NCBI RefSeq assembly: GCF_018977255.1
Contig: NW_024704742.1
Coordinates: 78,122,001 to 78,186,000, forward strand
DNA from: Callorhinchus milii
Taxonomy: Eukaryota
Length of the DNA: 64,000 nucleotides
Direction: 5' to 3'
Both the position numbers and the translations under genes were made by a program. This document shows positions 1 to 11,107 of this stretch, in pieces. Positions within the stretch are counted from its first letter, which is position 1; the number at the start of each line of letters is the position of its first letter. The notes beneath the pieces are model-generated. The model was not told where the DNA came from and made no database searches. It saw only the letters and a program-made list of their open reading frames with translations.

Positions 1-169
1 AACAGTCATGGATTGAAAATGACCAATTTATTATTGTTTTGTTTTGGAGGGATTATTATTAGGCGTGTAGAGTAAGGAAACTTGCCCAAGGTTTCGCCCT
101 CTGCCTGGAATTGAACTCAGGTCTCTCACTTGCAAAGCGAGTGCTCTAACCACTGAGCTACAGGACTCC
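1..169 (-). mobile_element. Young tRNA-Ala-derived SINE, short subfamily (5' part, cut by the window edge)
   Basis: Reverse complement starts GGAGTCCTGTAGCTCAGTGG (A box) and has GAGTTCAATTCC (B box); near-identical to 25810-26115. Confidence 0.9.
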
Positions 170-182
170 ACACGCCTAGATA

Positions 183-832
183 GAGAGGGAGTACAGCGCT
201 TTCATGTCAGGAAGATATCTCAAAACTCTTCCCAGGATTTACTGTAAAGTGTAGCGATTGTGTATTTTATAGGCAAGCATATTTGGGAATCCAATGTAAT
301 GGAGAAATTTAGCACATTTGACAAAAATCATATTGCAGTTTGGTGTATGATATGGATTTTAGAATGCCAGAACAATTTATGTTGTTATATCCTCACTGTG
401 TATTCACACCGGTTTCATTGTTGCCTCTTATTTTCCAATTGTGGGTAAGTTAGAGAATCGTATTAGATGTAATGATAACCTGTGTAGCTTGACTGAAAGG
501 TATAATCACTATTTATACTTCAGCAATCAGACTTTACATGTCCAATGGAATTCAAAGTACTTGAATACTTGAAATAAAGTAACCAATGTGGACCTGTTAT
601 TATTGTAAATAATGGGTCCACATTGGTTCAGTTGTTCTGGCATTCTAAAATCCATATCATATACAAAACTACAACATGATTTTTGGCAAACGTGCTAAAT
701 TTTCTCCATTACACTGGACATTTGATTCTCAAGTATGTTTGCTAACAAAATACACAATCACTACACTTTACAGTAAATCCTGGGAAGAGTTTTGAGATAT
801 TTTCCTGACATGAAAACGCTGTACTCCCTCTC
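183..832. repeat. Inverted duplication, arms 183-375 and 632-832
   Basis: Arms are reverse complements over about 195 bp with scattered mismatches and small indels. Confidence 0.9.
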
Positions 833-833
833 A

Positions 834-2670
834 ATCCCCTTGTCCACCTCACTTCCCGAACCGTCTCCCTCTCACGGAGGTCACCCTGGTACACCAGCCA
901 CTTCTGCTCCCTCAAGGCACAGGTCCGTGCTGCTGAATGCACCTGGCTCAAATCCAACTTAACAGTGGATTGGCAGATCATCTCCCTTAACTCCTCAATC
1001 TCTCTCCCCACCGCCAACCAACCAACCTCCATCTCATACCACCCTGGAAAGAAATCTCCCTTCCCCCCTCCCTCTCGGCTGCCCTTGAGTCATCTGAAAT
1101 CCTTCCCCTTTGGGTGTCCTCCCGCAATGACCTATCCTCCTCGGTCACTCTTCTCCGCAGCTCCCTCTCCTCCATTCTCGATTCCCTCACTCCCCTCTCT
1201 TCCCAAATCATCTCCTATTCACGTAAATCACCTCGGTACACCAACCACCTTAAAGCTCAGGCGTATTCCGCTGAGCGCACCTGGCTTAAATCAAACCTAA
1301 CTGTCCATCGCCAGATCTGGCTGGACCATATTAAATCCTACCTTCTACCCCCTCCACATCTCCTCCTCTCACCCCGGCCCCTACCCAACCCTCTCTCCAC
1401 ACCTTTGAACCTGTCTCCCCCGCCTCTCTCATCACCACCTTAACCCGTATAAAACCTATCACTTGCTCCCTCGACCCCAACCCTACCCCTCTCCTTACCT
1501 CCCAGCTCCACCTCCTTGCCCCTCTACTCACTGACATCATAAATCTCTCCCTGTCCTCTGGTACTGTTTCCATCCCATTAAAAACCACTCCTATCCTTAA
1601 AAAACCTTCCCTGGACCCTTTGGGTGTTGTTTGAACCTCAACTATCCTTTCTACCCCACATCTGCATCATGACCTGCTTTGCCTTCCCCCACCTCTGCAA
1701 CGTCCCCTGGCTCCGCCACTGTTTCATACCGCAGTCCGCCAAAACCCTCATACATGCTTTCATTACATCAAGGCTCGCCTATGCAAACTCACTGCTTGTT
1801 AGCCTCCCCAACTCCTCCCTCCACAGGCTGCATATCATCCAGAACTCTGCAGCCTGTGTCCTCTCCCGCACTAGGCTGCGCAACCCTATCACACCCATTC
1901 TTGCCCAACTCCATTGGCTTCCCATCACACAGAAAATACAGTTCAAGATCCTGATCCTCACCTTCAAAGCCCTCCACGGTCTTGCTCCCCCCTAACTCTG
2001 CAACCTCCTAACCCCCTAACATCCTGTTTGCTCCCTCTGCTCACCAGGCACCAGCCTGCTTCACATCCCCCACCTCGCTCGCCCCAATATAATAATAATA
2101 ATAACAATAATAATAATCCTTGCATTTGATATAGCGCTTTTCACTCCTTCTAGACGTCCCAAAGCGCTTCACAGAATATACTGTAAAGTGAATTGACTAT
2201 ATTTGTGGGCGAACGCGGCAGCCAATTGAGCTCAGCAGTGTCCCACAAACAGTCATGGATTGAAAATGACCAATTTATTATTGTTTTTGGTTTTGGAGGG
2301 ATTATTATTAGGCTCTGTGTGGAGTAAGGAAACTTGCCCAAGGTTCCGCTCTGCCTGGAATTGAACTCAGGTCTCTCACTTGCAAGGCGAATGCTCTAAC
2401 CACTGAGCTACAGGACTCTTTGGTGGGCGGGCTTCCACCCCTCTACCCCAACTCTCTGGAACTCCATCCCGCAGTCCCTCCGCCTCGCCATCTTCAAGAC
2501 CGATCTCAAGACCCTCCTCTTCGACTATGCTTTTGATCTCCCTGCTTCCCCCCACCTGCCCTCCACCTTCCCCCACCCCGACCCCCAGCTCAGGTCCATA
2601 ACGCTGTCTGTCCTGCGCCTTGGGACGTTCTCCCGACGTGAAAGGCGGTTTACAAATGTAGTTTTGTTGT
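834..2670 (+). mobile_element. Patchwork of L2 LINE fragments (ORF2 pieces plus 3' end), interrupted by a SINE at 2088-2418
   Basis: PWYT motif pieces, ITPILAQLHWLPITQKIQFKILILTFKALHGLAP (L2 ORF2 C-terminus), tail GGGACGTTCTCCCGACGTGAAAGG...TTGTTG. Confidence 0.85.
2088..2418 (-). mobile_element. Full-length short-subfamily SINE
   Basis: tRNA head, body, (TTA)n tail. Confidence 0.92.
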
Positions 2671-3401
2671 TTTTAAAAATGGTTTGAGATGCTTGTGCAT
2701 TTCTGGAACCTGAATTTGAATGTAGTGTACTGTAGTGATGGTTTGAGTGCATAAAATATCAATTACTGGAGTAGGGGCACAGTACAAAAAAGCACGCTTA
2801 CTGGAAGCAGTAGTTTTAGGAGAAATCGTGTCTCCACTCCCCGCAGGCAATCTTTAAATGTTTTGGATGATCGAAGAATTTTCAATAGACGATTTTAATG
2901 TTATTGCCAAGTTAGTTGTATGACTGGCTCTTTGATAGTATTAAAAAACCTTCTAAGATTGGGTATTAGTTTTTCGCAGCCCCTGATGTAATGTGGAGCT
3001 GCATGTATGAATCAAACTTCCCACTAGTAACATTTTACTGTGATAAGCAGTCTCTTAGCTTGCAGCAGTATATACAGCATTATGCTTCATTTAACAATAT
3101 GGATTGCTATCATTCCAGTTTNCCTTTTATCAATAATTGCAAATGACCAGAGAATATTTTTGTTAGTTCTCTAAATGATTTCTGTAAAATAATGTGTTAG
3201 ACAACAGCAGTATTTATTTGTGGATGTATGTATTAAAAATAAATATAATTGGTTACAAGCTAAATGAATAACTTGAAATTACTGAAGAGTTCATAGTTCC
3301 AATTATACAGTAATCTGAATAAACGTTGTGGACTTGTTTCACTTATATAGTTACAATTTTTTTTAAAGGAAATTTCTCAAATGAGCAGTATTATTTCTCA
3401 G

Positions 3402-3512
3402 ACATTTGTCTTCTGTTACCTGTGGTCTGTTGGAGGAAATTTGACTGAGGACTGCTGGGATAGCTTTGACTCTTTCCTCAGACAACAATTTGAAGACCAT
3501 CCGGAAGCTAAG
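3402..3512 (+). CDS. DNAH6: DNAH6 coding exon 1 of window (phase 0-0)
   Basis: ctcag|ACA...AAG|gtatcc; TFVFCYLWSVGGNLTEDCWDSFDSFLRQQFEDHPEAK resembles vertebrate DNAH6 just before AAA3. Confidence 0.93.
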
Positions 3513-3954
3513 GTATCCATGAACTAACCAAACTAAAATTAATGTCTGTCAAGATTGCATTCTTCATAATTTGTAAGATGCACCACAATTAGACCTCAAA
3601 GAGAAACTGCTAAAAAGAAAGAAAACTGCGTGAAATAATGACCCCTTCCCCATTCTTTTACTAAACCTAGAAACGACACTGCCCACTTGTAAGGGCATCC
3701 CCTCAATAATGAGTATTTCCAAAACATTCAAAAAACATTCAGTGGTCCCCTGTGTCGACTCCTGCTCGACCCCTAACACATTTAATAATGCTACCTCACT
3801 GGTGAGGTGGAAATCTGTGAGCATCTTGTGGACTGCTCAGCAGACATAACTAACCCGTTAATAACAGTAAATCTGTTCACAAATGCGCTAGGAGTCTAGC
3901 AGAAGTTTATATACGGGCCCGTGAAAATTGGTAATGGATTACCATACCAGTAAG

Positions 3955-4157
3955 TACACTGAAATTCACTTAGAACTGGCCACTAAAAAGGGTGTCTGTA
4001 CACCGACAGGGCTAAAAAAAGGCCACTGTTGCTGCAGGCAGGTGGTTGATGAATATTGATGGTTTATTATAGAACATTGGTCGGGATTATTCCAGGGTGG
4101 TTGTTGACAAGCAGGTGGTCGCTGAATAGAGGTGATTTCTTATTAGCTTTAACTGTA
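3955..4157. mobile_element. Possible decayed Tc1/mariner (Tigger-like) non-autonomous element
   Basis: TA-CACTG...AACTG-TA ends with repeated AGGTGGT subterminal motifs; heavily degenerate. Confidence 0.3.
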
Positions 4158-4923
4158 CGTTACATATACACTAATATTTTTACAAAATAAGGATTAAATT
4201 AGTGGCATTTCTCAAAGCATTCCTTGATTTCTTTTAGGAACTTTTTATGGGAAAAACAGCAGGTGGACACCTCTTTTTAGGTAAATGGTTTGTGCCCCTG
4301 GATGATTTTTATACTAAGTCTGACGAACTAAACTTTTGTTTGGAAACTGTCCTTTTCAAGGGGCAAAAGGGCCCTTTGTTCTCATCTCTCTTCAAAGATA
4401 GTAAGGTCCCATGCAGGTTAAGGTGACAGTATACAAGGTGTATGGAGAAACAATTCTTCTTCCTCCTACCACATTGAAGGCACATGTCACATAGATGATA
4501 GGAAACAATGAGGCTTGGTACGACAGCTGAAGGAAGTCTTTATCTGGAGTCTGGGTTTGTTCATGTATCCAGGGCTTTGAATCTACTATGATTGGTTTGC
4601 AGAGAGGTAAACAGTAGCTGCTCAAGCTCTTCACTTCCAGCTGGTGAAACCCTCGCTCAATGAGTAAGAATGTGTGTCCAAGCTGTGATCAGGTTGATGG
4701 TGGCAATCTCTCACTCATTTCAGGCTGACCATGACACCTGGCTGGCCAAATAAAACTGAAATAAAACTCAGATATGAACTTCTTATGTCAGTGATTACAA
4801 ATTCAACTTATACTAAACAATCTAACAATGAATTAACTTAAGTTTACAAACTAAACGGTCATGAATATTTCTTGAAGTATTATTTTAATAATATTTTTGA
4901 CATATTCTATCCAAATTATTTAG

Positions 4924-5145
4924 CTACCAACATCTGGTGACCTGTGGAACTTTTACATGGATTATGATAGCAGTCGATTGGATCCTTGGGACAGAATTAT
5001 CCCCAGCTTCAAGTACAGAAGTGAATTGCCATTTTTTGAGATGCTTGTTCCAACCACAGATACTGTTCGTTTTGGCTATCTAATGGAGAAACTTCTGGTT
5101 GTTAAGCACTCTATTCTATTCACTGGAATAACTGGAGTGGGCAAG
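4924..5145 (+). CDS. DNAH6: DNAH6 exon 2, AAA3 Walker A (GITGVGK)
   Basis: tttag|CTA...AAG|gtact; LPTSGDLW...FFEMLVPTTDTVRFGYLMEKLL...LFTGITGVGK; 222 nt. Confidence 0.96.
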
Positions 5146-5334
5146 GTACTCTGACGTGCTTTTTTAAAAAAAGTTGTTTCACATCAAGATGATGAATGTT
5201 ATAAAATCTGTTTTATATTTATAAGTTTACAGATGTCTGTTAGAAATTGGACTATTAAAAATAAAGTTTGTGTTGTCTGAGAGAGGGCGCAGGAATAGGT
5301 TTTATGAGAGTTGTGAGCACTGGTTCATTTCAGA

Positions 5335-5615
5335 GGAGTGGTAAGAGCAGTGGTTAGAGCACTCGCTTTGCAAGCGAGACACCTGGGTTCAATTCCAGGC
5401 AGGGCGAAACCTTGGGCAAGTTTCCTTACTCCACACTCCTAATAATAATCCCTCCAAAACCACGACTGTTTGTGGGACGCTGCTGTGCGCAATTGGCTGC
5501 TGTGTTTTGCCCACAAATATGCAGTCGATTCACTTTACAGTATATTCTGTGAAGTGCATTGAGACGTGTAGAAGATGTGAAAAGGGCTATATCAAATGCA
5601 AGGATTATTATTATT
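5335..5615 (+). mobile_element. Short-subfamily SINE with an internal deletion
   Basis: Head with B box GGTTCAATTCC, tail AAATGCAAGGATTATTATT. Confidence 0.88.
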
Positions 5616-6061
5616 TAAGATATACCAAAGAGACGGTTTAATTACCATTTTGAACTGAATTTTTTTTTATCAACCAGTGCAATTCACAATTCTAGTTTGT
5701 AATGACATTTACACTGGATGATTAATGAATGTGACATTATCTTTCTAAGTTTACTGATGATTAATTACTGATAAATAACACCCGGAGTCATACTGCAATA
5801 AGTATATATTCTATACTGATCATTTTTACTATGTTATTACATCCTGTGACATTGTTACAACATTACAGGAACTGTGTGAAGAACCCAGATTACATCTCTT
5901 TACAAATGACACCAAATGTTACATTAAAATAGGCTTTCTGTTACTATAATAATAATATGAAACGTGGATTGAGTCATGGAATAAAGAAGCTTTCTGGGAG
6001 CATGTCTTGGTCAGAAAGCAGGTGATGTTATCTGACCTTATCACAGTTAAGATCAGTTAAG

Positions 6062-6315
6062 ACACACCTCAGTTTACCTAGCAGTAACTAGGAACCCGGT
6101 TGTAAGGTCGATTGGATAATTTCTTTTTTAAAAAATTAAAGAATTGGTCACGCAATCCACGACTGTTTGTGGGATGCTGCTGTGCGCAATTGGCTGCTGC
6201 GTTTGTCCACAAAATATACAGTCAATTCACTTTACAGTATAATCTGTGAAGCGCTTTGAGACGTCTCGAAGACGTGATAAGGCGCTCCATGAAATGCAAA
6301 GGTCATAATTATTAT
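6062..6315 (+). mobile_element. Long-subfamily SINE, 5' truncated
   Basis: GTTTACCTAGCAGTAA-type insert plus the shared tail. Confidence 0.8.
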
Positions 6316-7106
6316 CTTCACAAATTCATAACATTAGTTTGGATGAAGACCCAATGGTCCATCTGATCTCATCCTCCAAGAAAACCCACCCTACTATCCT
6401 CCCAGCATAACATCAAGCTGCTTTTTAAACAAGACGCCTTGTGTTAAGAGATAGTTAATAATTAGCTCTGTGAAGTTGGATTTACTTTTTCCCTTTTCTT
6501 TCCATTGTCCTAAGTCTATTTATGGTACCTTAGGCAGCAGTCGTTCTCGATCAATTATGTACAGCTATAATATTATAGCTGGAGTATTTCTCTTGTAGTA
6601 TTGTAGTATTGTTCTCAATAAATTTGTAGCATTGGCTACATATTCTGCAATATAAATGTGACCATACTTCAACATCTTGGAGGTTCACTGCTGGTTGTAA
6701 TCAGGATTTAAAGATATGGGATAAATCCAATTGGAAAAAAATCGCTTGTAAAATTAAAACAAAATATATTATACTTAAAAGTGATCAATACATTTCAGCA
6801 ATATATATCAACAACTAGGTAATGCTATAATAGAAAAAAAATATTCTTGGGTCTTAGTTGACGATTATAAATTGTTCAATGTTTGGTCTCAATTTGTGGC
6901 ATCTAAACAACTCAATTGGATTACATCCTTTAATTCACATTTTGTATTCATTATTCTACAAATAAATGATCATTTTCCCATTTATAGTGGTGTGTACACT
7001 AGCTCTCCTGTGCTAGGTTGCATTAACAACTCATTTATAAATCTCTGTTTTGAAAGTTTCATTTCAGGCAATTGTAGAAATTATTTCTACTTTATTTCTG
7101 TTACAG

Positions 7107-7254
7107 TCTGTCATTGCACGAGGATTGCTAAATACCATTCAAAGTGAAGCTCGTTATGTTCCAGTCTACATCAATTTTTCAGCTCAAACATCATCCATCA
7201 GGACACAAGAAATTATTGAGTCTAAATTAGAAAAGAAAAGAAAAAATATAATTG
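7107..7254 (+). CDS. DNAH6: DNAH6 exon 3 (AAA3)
   Basis: tacag|TCT...G|gtaag; SVIARGLL...INFSAQTSSIRTQEIIESKLEKKRKNII; 148 nt, phase 0-1. Confidence 0.96.
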
Positions 7255-7525
7255 GTAAGATGCAACTACTTAAATAATTCTAACATGATACCCTATATTT
7301 TATCAAATGCCAGTGAACTCAAAAATAATAAAAGTATTTCGATTGCAAAAATGATTTTGTTTAAAGATTGTTGCCTCATAACACTATTTCAATCAGGTTT
7401 TATTGAAATTGGTTGAGTTTGCAATGTGTATTTCCATAATATTTTTATAGAATGTGCAGTTGGTTGCACGCTGTTTGATTTCCTTTTTATGCTTGTGCAA
7501 ATTGATGATCCATACATGTCACAGG

Positions 7526-7601
7526 CAAAAGTGAACATAATGCTATACAGGCTAACCTCTGTATAATGAGGTTAGCCTGTATAGCATTATGTTCACTTTT
7601 G
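7526..7601. repeat. Perfect 34-bp inverted repeat with an 8-nt loop
   Basis: CAAAAGTGAACATAATGCTATACAGGCTAACCTC-TGTATAAT-GAGGTTAGCCTGTATAGCATTATGTTCACTTTTG. Confidence 0.97.
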
Positions 7602-7679
7602 ATAAATCTTAGTTATTACGATTATACCAGTAACATTTGTCTTATTAATACCAACAGATGATAATTTTTTTTAAACAAA

Positions 7680-7857
7680 TAATAGTAATTTGGTCACTCA
7701 ATTCACGGCTGTTTGTGGGACAGTGCTGTGCGCAATTGGCTGTCGTGTTTCGCCCACAACCTATACAGTCAATTCACTTCACAGTATATTCGGTGAAATA
7801 CTTTGAGACGTCTTGAAAACATGATAAGACTCTATATCAAATGAAAGGATTATTATT
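7680..7857 (+). mobile_element. SINE 3' fragment
   Basis: GTTTGTGGGACA...CAATTGGCTG...GGATTATTATT. Confidence 0.8.
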
Positions 7858-8569
7858 GTAAAATATTGTTCAGTTGATATAATAGTTTTTGAAGAACATC
7901 TAACAAGACAATCATATTTTAAGTGTATAATGGCTAGGAAAACAATTGCTTTATTGCAGTTTATCTTCTGGGATCTAATAATAGGGGTTCCCAGAAGAAA
8001 ACAATTTCATGCAAATGAAATTATTTTCATCGTATTGCATAATTATTATAACTTATGCCTGTATGAATGCTGGCATGGATGTCCGGCACTCAGCTCCTGT
8101 TCAATGGCAAGCTATGTGTCATACAGTTAAATAATGGAAAACAAATCTTAGTTTTTTTTTAACTCACTATTCAGCATAGATACCTTTCTGAAGGTTGATA
8201 TGCTAAAATATCACTCAAATTCTCTTCTGGTTGTTCAAGTTGACCAAAAGTTGTGGTATCAGTACATGTCTAATAAGTCTTAAAGAAATGATGATTTGTT
8301 TTAGATAATAGGTTAGCTGAAAAATAAGACTTTTTCGTCACCCTACATAAATAGTCTGATGCATTTACTCTCAAAACCCCATAATTCACCTTCTAGGAAT
8401 CCTGGGGGGTAATGCTAATGTTGGAACATTTGAACATGCATGATGTTTTTGAGCAAAACAACAAAAGTTGCAAACCATTTGAAATGAGTAAAGAGGTTTA
8501 CCTGTCTGCTTGTGCACCTATTTATTCATATATGCTCCTTGGGGGGCAGGTAAGTGGGGTCTCCTTGGA

Positions 8570-9000
8570 ACTGAATTGGTTTGGCAGCGGAATGTCGGAA
8601 TCCTTTGTGGCAGGTTTGGTAGTCCGGTTTCTGAGCCATTCGGGTCCACAGTATTCCAGGGCACTGCTGATAACAGCACAGCCAGTTTGGCTCATCAGCA
8701 GGACTTTGAAGGGCAGACTAGTCACTGGGGGCAGGGAATCATCCCACTCAGCTCCTGTTAACCCTGCAAGGGAAAGCCCTGATGTGTAGGATGGTCCTAG
8801 CTGGGCAAGCAACGGAAAAGCTTGCCGGACAGTGATATCAATGGCAAGCTATGTGGCTTTAGCTGGTTAGACTTCAGCAGTACCCTAATGCAGACTCTGG
8901 AGTCTCCAAGCCTTGGCTCTTGTCAACCTGCACCTAATACTTTCCGGAATTAGGTAAGCAGGATGCTTCCCTCCAGGGAGAGAGTGTGCATTCCATTCCA
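8570..9000 (+). repeat. Unclassified interspersed repeat, copy A
   Basis: Collinear similarity to the reverse complement of 59560-59910. Confidence 0.7.
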
Positions 9001-9540
9001 ATAATATGTCCCTGGGATTTCTATTAAGTGTTCGTTGGATGCATGGTTTGGGTACGCTTAAGCATCGTGATTGTTCATACAGAGGAGAATTATGTTTTGG
9101 TCACAAAGAAATAATAAGTCACTGAAAATAAGTGAAACTTAATGAAATTCATGTGACAACCTCAATGAGATGTAGTTCAAAAACTGCATTTAAGGAGCAG
9201 AAGTAAACTAATTTCTAAATGGAAGAGGAATATATAAAAAAGAAAAAATAACAAGCTGGTTTATGTTTGAATAACAACTATCATTATTGGTTGATATATT
9301 TTAGCTTGTACGGTGTGCTACAGAAATAAACTACTATTATTACAATAATAAAGCTACTCAAACATTAGAATGGCTTTACTAGTATAACAATAAATCCACT
9401 AAAATATATGTTAAAAAGACCTTTCAAATAAAATAAAACAATGTAACTACTTCTTCTGTTGTTCTTTTCTACTTTCTTTTTTAACCATACAATCTCTTCC
9501 TTATTCCCTCTTTTTTATTTGAACTTTACTAGTTACTACA

Positions 9541-9850
9541 GTGTCAGCCTGGTATAGTGGTAGCACTCATGCCTCTGAGTCAGAAGGTTGTGGATTCAAG
9601 CCCCACGTGGGGACTTGAAATCACATAGTTTAAGCTGATACTCCAATGCAGTGCTAGGGCTATGTGGGTACATTGCACTGTTGGAGGTCCTGTCTGCCTG
9701 TTCAGGTGGATGTTAAAGATCCCATGGCACTATTCGAAAAGAGTTTCTCCCGGTGCTCTGGTAGACAATCCCCCAAATTAAATTGGTTACTCACTCCACG
9801 GCTGTTTGTGGGACCTTGCTGTGCGCAAACTGGCTGTTATGTTTTTATTC
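9541..9850 (+). mobile_element. Older Deu-domain SINE (SacSINE1/AmnSINE1-like)
   Basis: tRNA-like head plus AGGTGGATGTTAAAGATCCCATGGCACTATT Deu-type core (recognised from memory). Confidence 0.75.
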
Positions 9851-10272
9851 CATTCTAGATTTTTACTAATTATTTAAAATTTAAAATGAGTTTATTTCTG
9901 TTTCTTTCAGACCCATTGTCCATTTGGAAGATGGGAGCAAGTATTTTTATTAACAGTTTTCATTGTTTGAAAACCATTTTAAGATTATTTTACTGTCAAT
10001 GAAAAGGCTCAACCATTGAAGGTTGGCTTTTGGGATCAGGTCAATTCTTGGCACAAAGTTGTGTTAAAAGCAGGAATTGGGATGTGTGAATAAACAAACG
10101 TATCCTACGAAGCTGCCCAGAAAGCAGTTAATGGGCAAAATTGAAAAGAAAAATGCCAGATGACTTAAATTGGACTAGAGTGTGCTATTTGAACATTTTT
10201 CTGCTCTAAAATAAATCTAAACAGACCTCTAAAAAAAAATGTTTAATTCATATTTTAATATTTTTAAAACAG

Positions 10273-10430
10273 GTGCTCCGGGGAATAAAAGAGTCATAAT
10301 TTTTGTGGATGATTTAAACATGCCCAAGTTGGATCGCTATGGATCGCAGCCACCTATTGAGCTTCTTCGACAGTACCAGGACTTTGGTGGATTCTATGAT
10401 AGAGAAAAACTTTTTTGGAAGGAAATACAG
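10273..10430 (+). CDS. DNAH6: DNAH6 exon 4, AAA3 Walker B (IFVDD)
   Basis: aacag|GT...CAG|gtggt; GAPGNKRVIIFVDDLNMPKLDRYGSQPPIELLRQ...WKEIQ; 158 nt. Confidence 0.96.
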
Positions 10431-10975
10431 GTGGTGTAAAATAACTCCTTGATTTTGATAATTCAATGGACAATTAAACAGAGCTGGACTGTGGCCATCT
10501 GTTCCAGCCATGAATTGTCCTCTGAGTAAAAACATTTTGGTATCAGTCCTGAAATTGTTCTTTGCAGGTCTAAGCCTATATCCTCTTGGTGCATCCTAAA
10601 ATATTGTTCGGGGGTTATTTTCTTTGACCCATTTAAAAATGTTAAACACCTCTATCTCCTTGGGTGGGGAGGTTTGTGGGCCGTCTTTGGAATTGAACTG
10701 GCTCCAAAGTGAAATGCTTGGTAACTGAATGTAGGAAACAAGCCAAACCTCTGCAGCAGTCTCAGTAATCCAGTCCATACGGAAAACAAATCCACTTGAA
10801 TGAGTTGCCTTTTCTCTCAAGACTAAAAATCACAGCTTGTCCAATCATTGTATTGAGAATCGAGGCAAATTAGACCCTCTTGTATCCAGATGAAGGAAAG
10901 TGAAGGCTCATTGTGTTAGAGTAGAAATGCACACAATATAAGTCATATAATAATTTGCTCACCACTACCCTTCAG

Positions 10976-11107
10976 GATGTCACAATTGCTGCTGCTTGTG
11001 CCCCTCCTGGTGGTGGAAGAAATCCAGTAACTCCTCGTTTCTTGAGGCACTTCAGCATGTTCTGTTTGCCAACGCCCTCTGAGCACAGCCTGAAACAGAT
11101 TTTCCAG
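10976..11107 (+). CDS. DNAH6: DNAH6 exon 5 (AAA3 sensor I/arginine finger region)
   Basis: ttcag|GAT...CAG|gtcagt; DVTIAAACAPPGGGRNPVTPRFLRHFSMFCLPTPSEHSLKQIFQ; 132 nt; not in the ORF track. Confidence 0.96.

Noticed and set aside
183..194. Stowaway-like GAGGGAGTA/TACTCCCTC ends of the fold-back
   Set aside because: Orientation is inside-out relative to a Stowaway MITE, and no TA TSD lies outside the arms.
4320..4376. CTGACGA...GAAA hammerhead-like core
   Set aside because: Stem II does not close onto the core, and there is no GUH cleavage triplet pairing with stem III.
7537..7590. loxP-like words (ATAATGCTATAC, GTATAGCATTAT) in the perfect hairpin
   Set aside because: The 13-bp ATAACTTCGTATA arms are absent; coincidental.
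10470..10930. Possible LF-SINE-like ancient element in intron 4
   Set aside because: Only short motif resemblance from memory; cannot be supported without a Dfam search.
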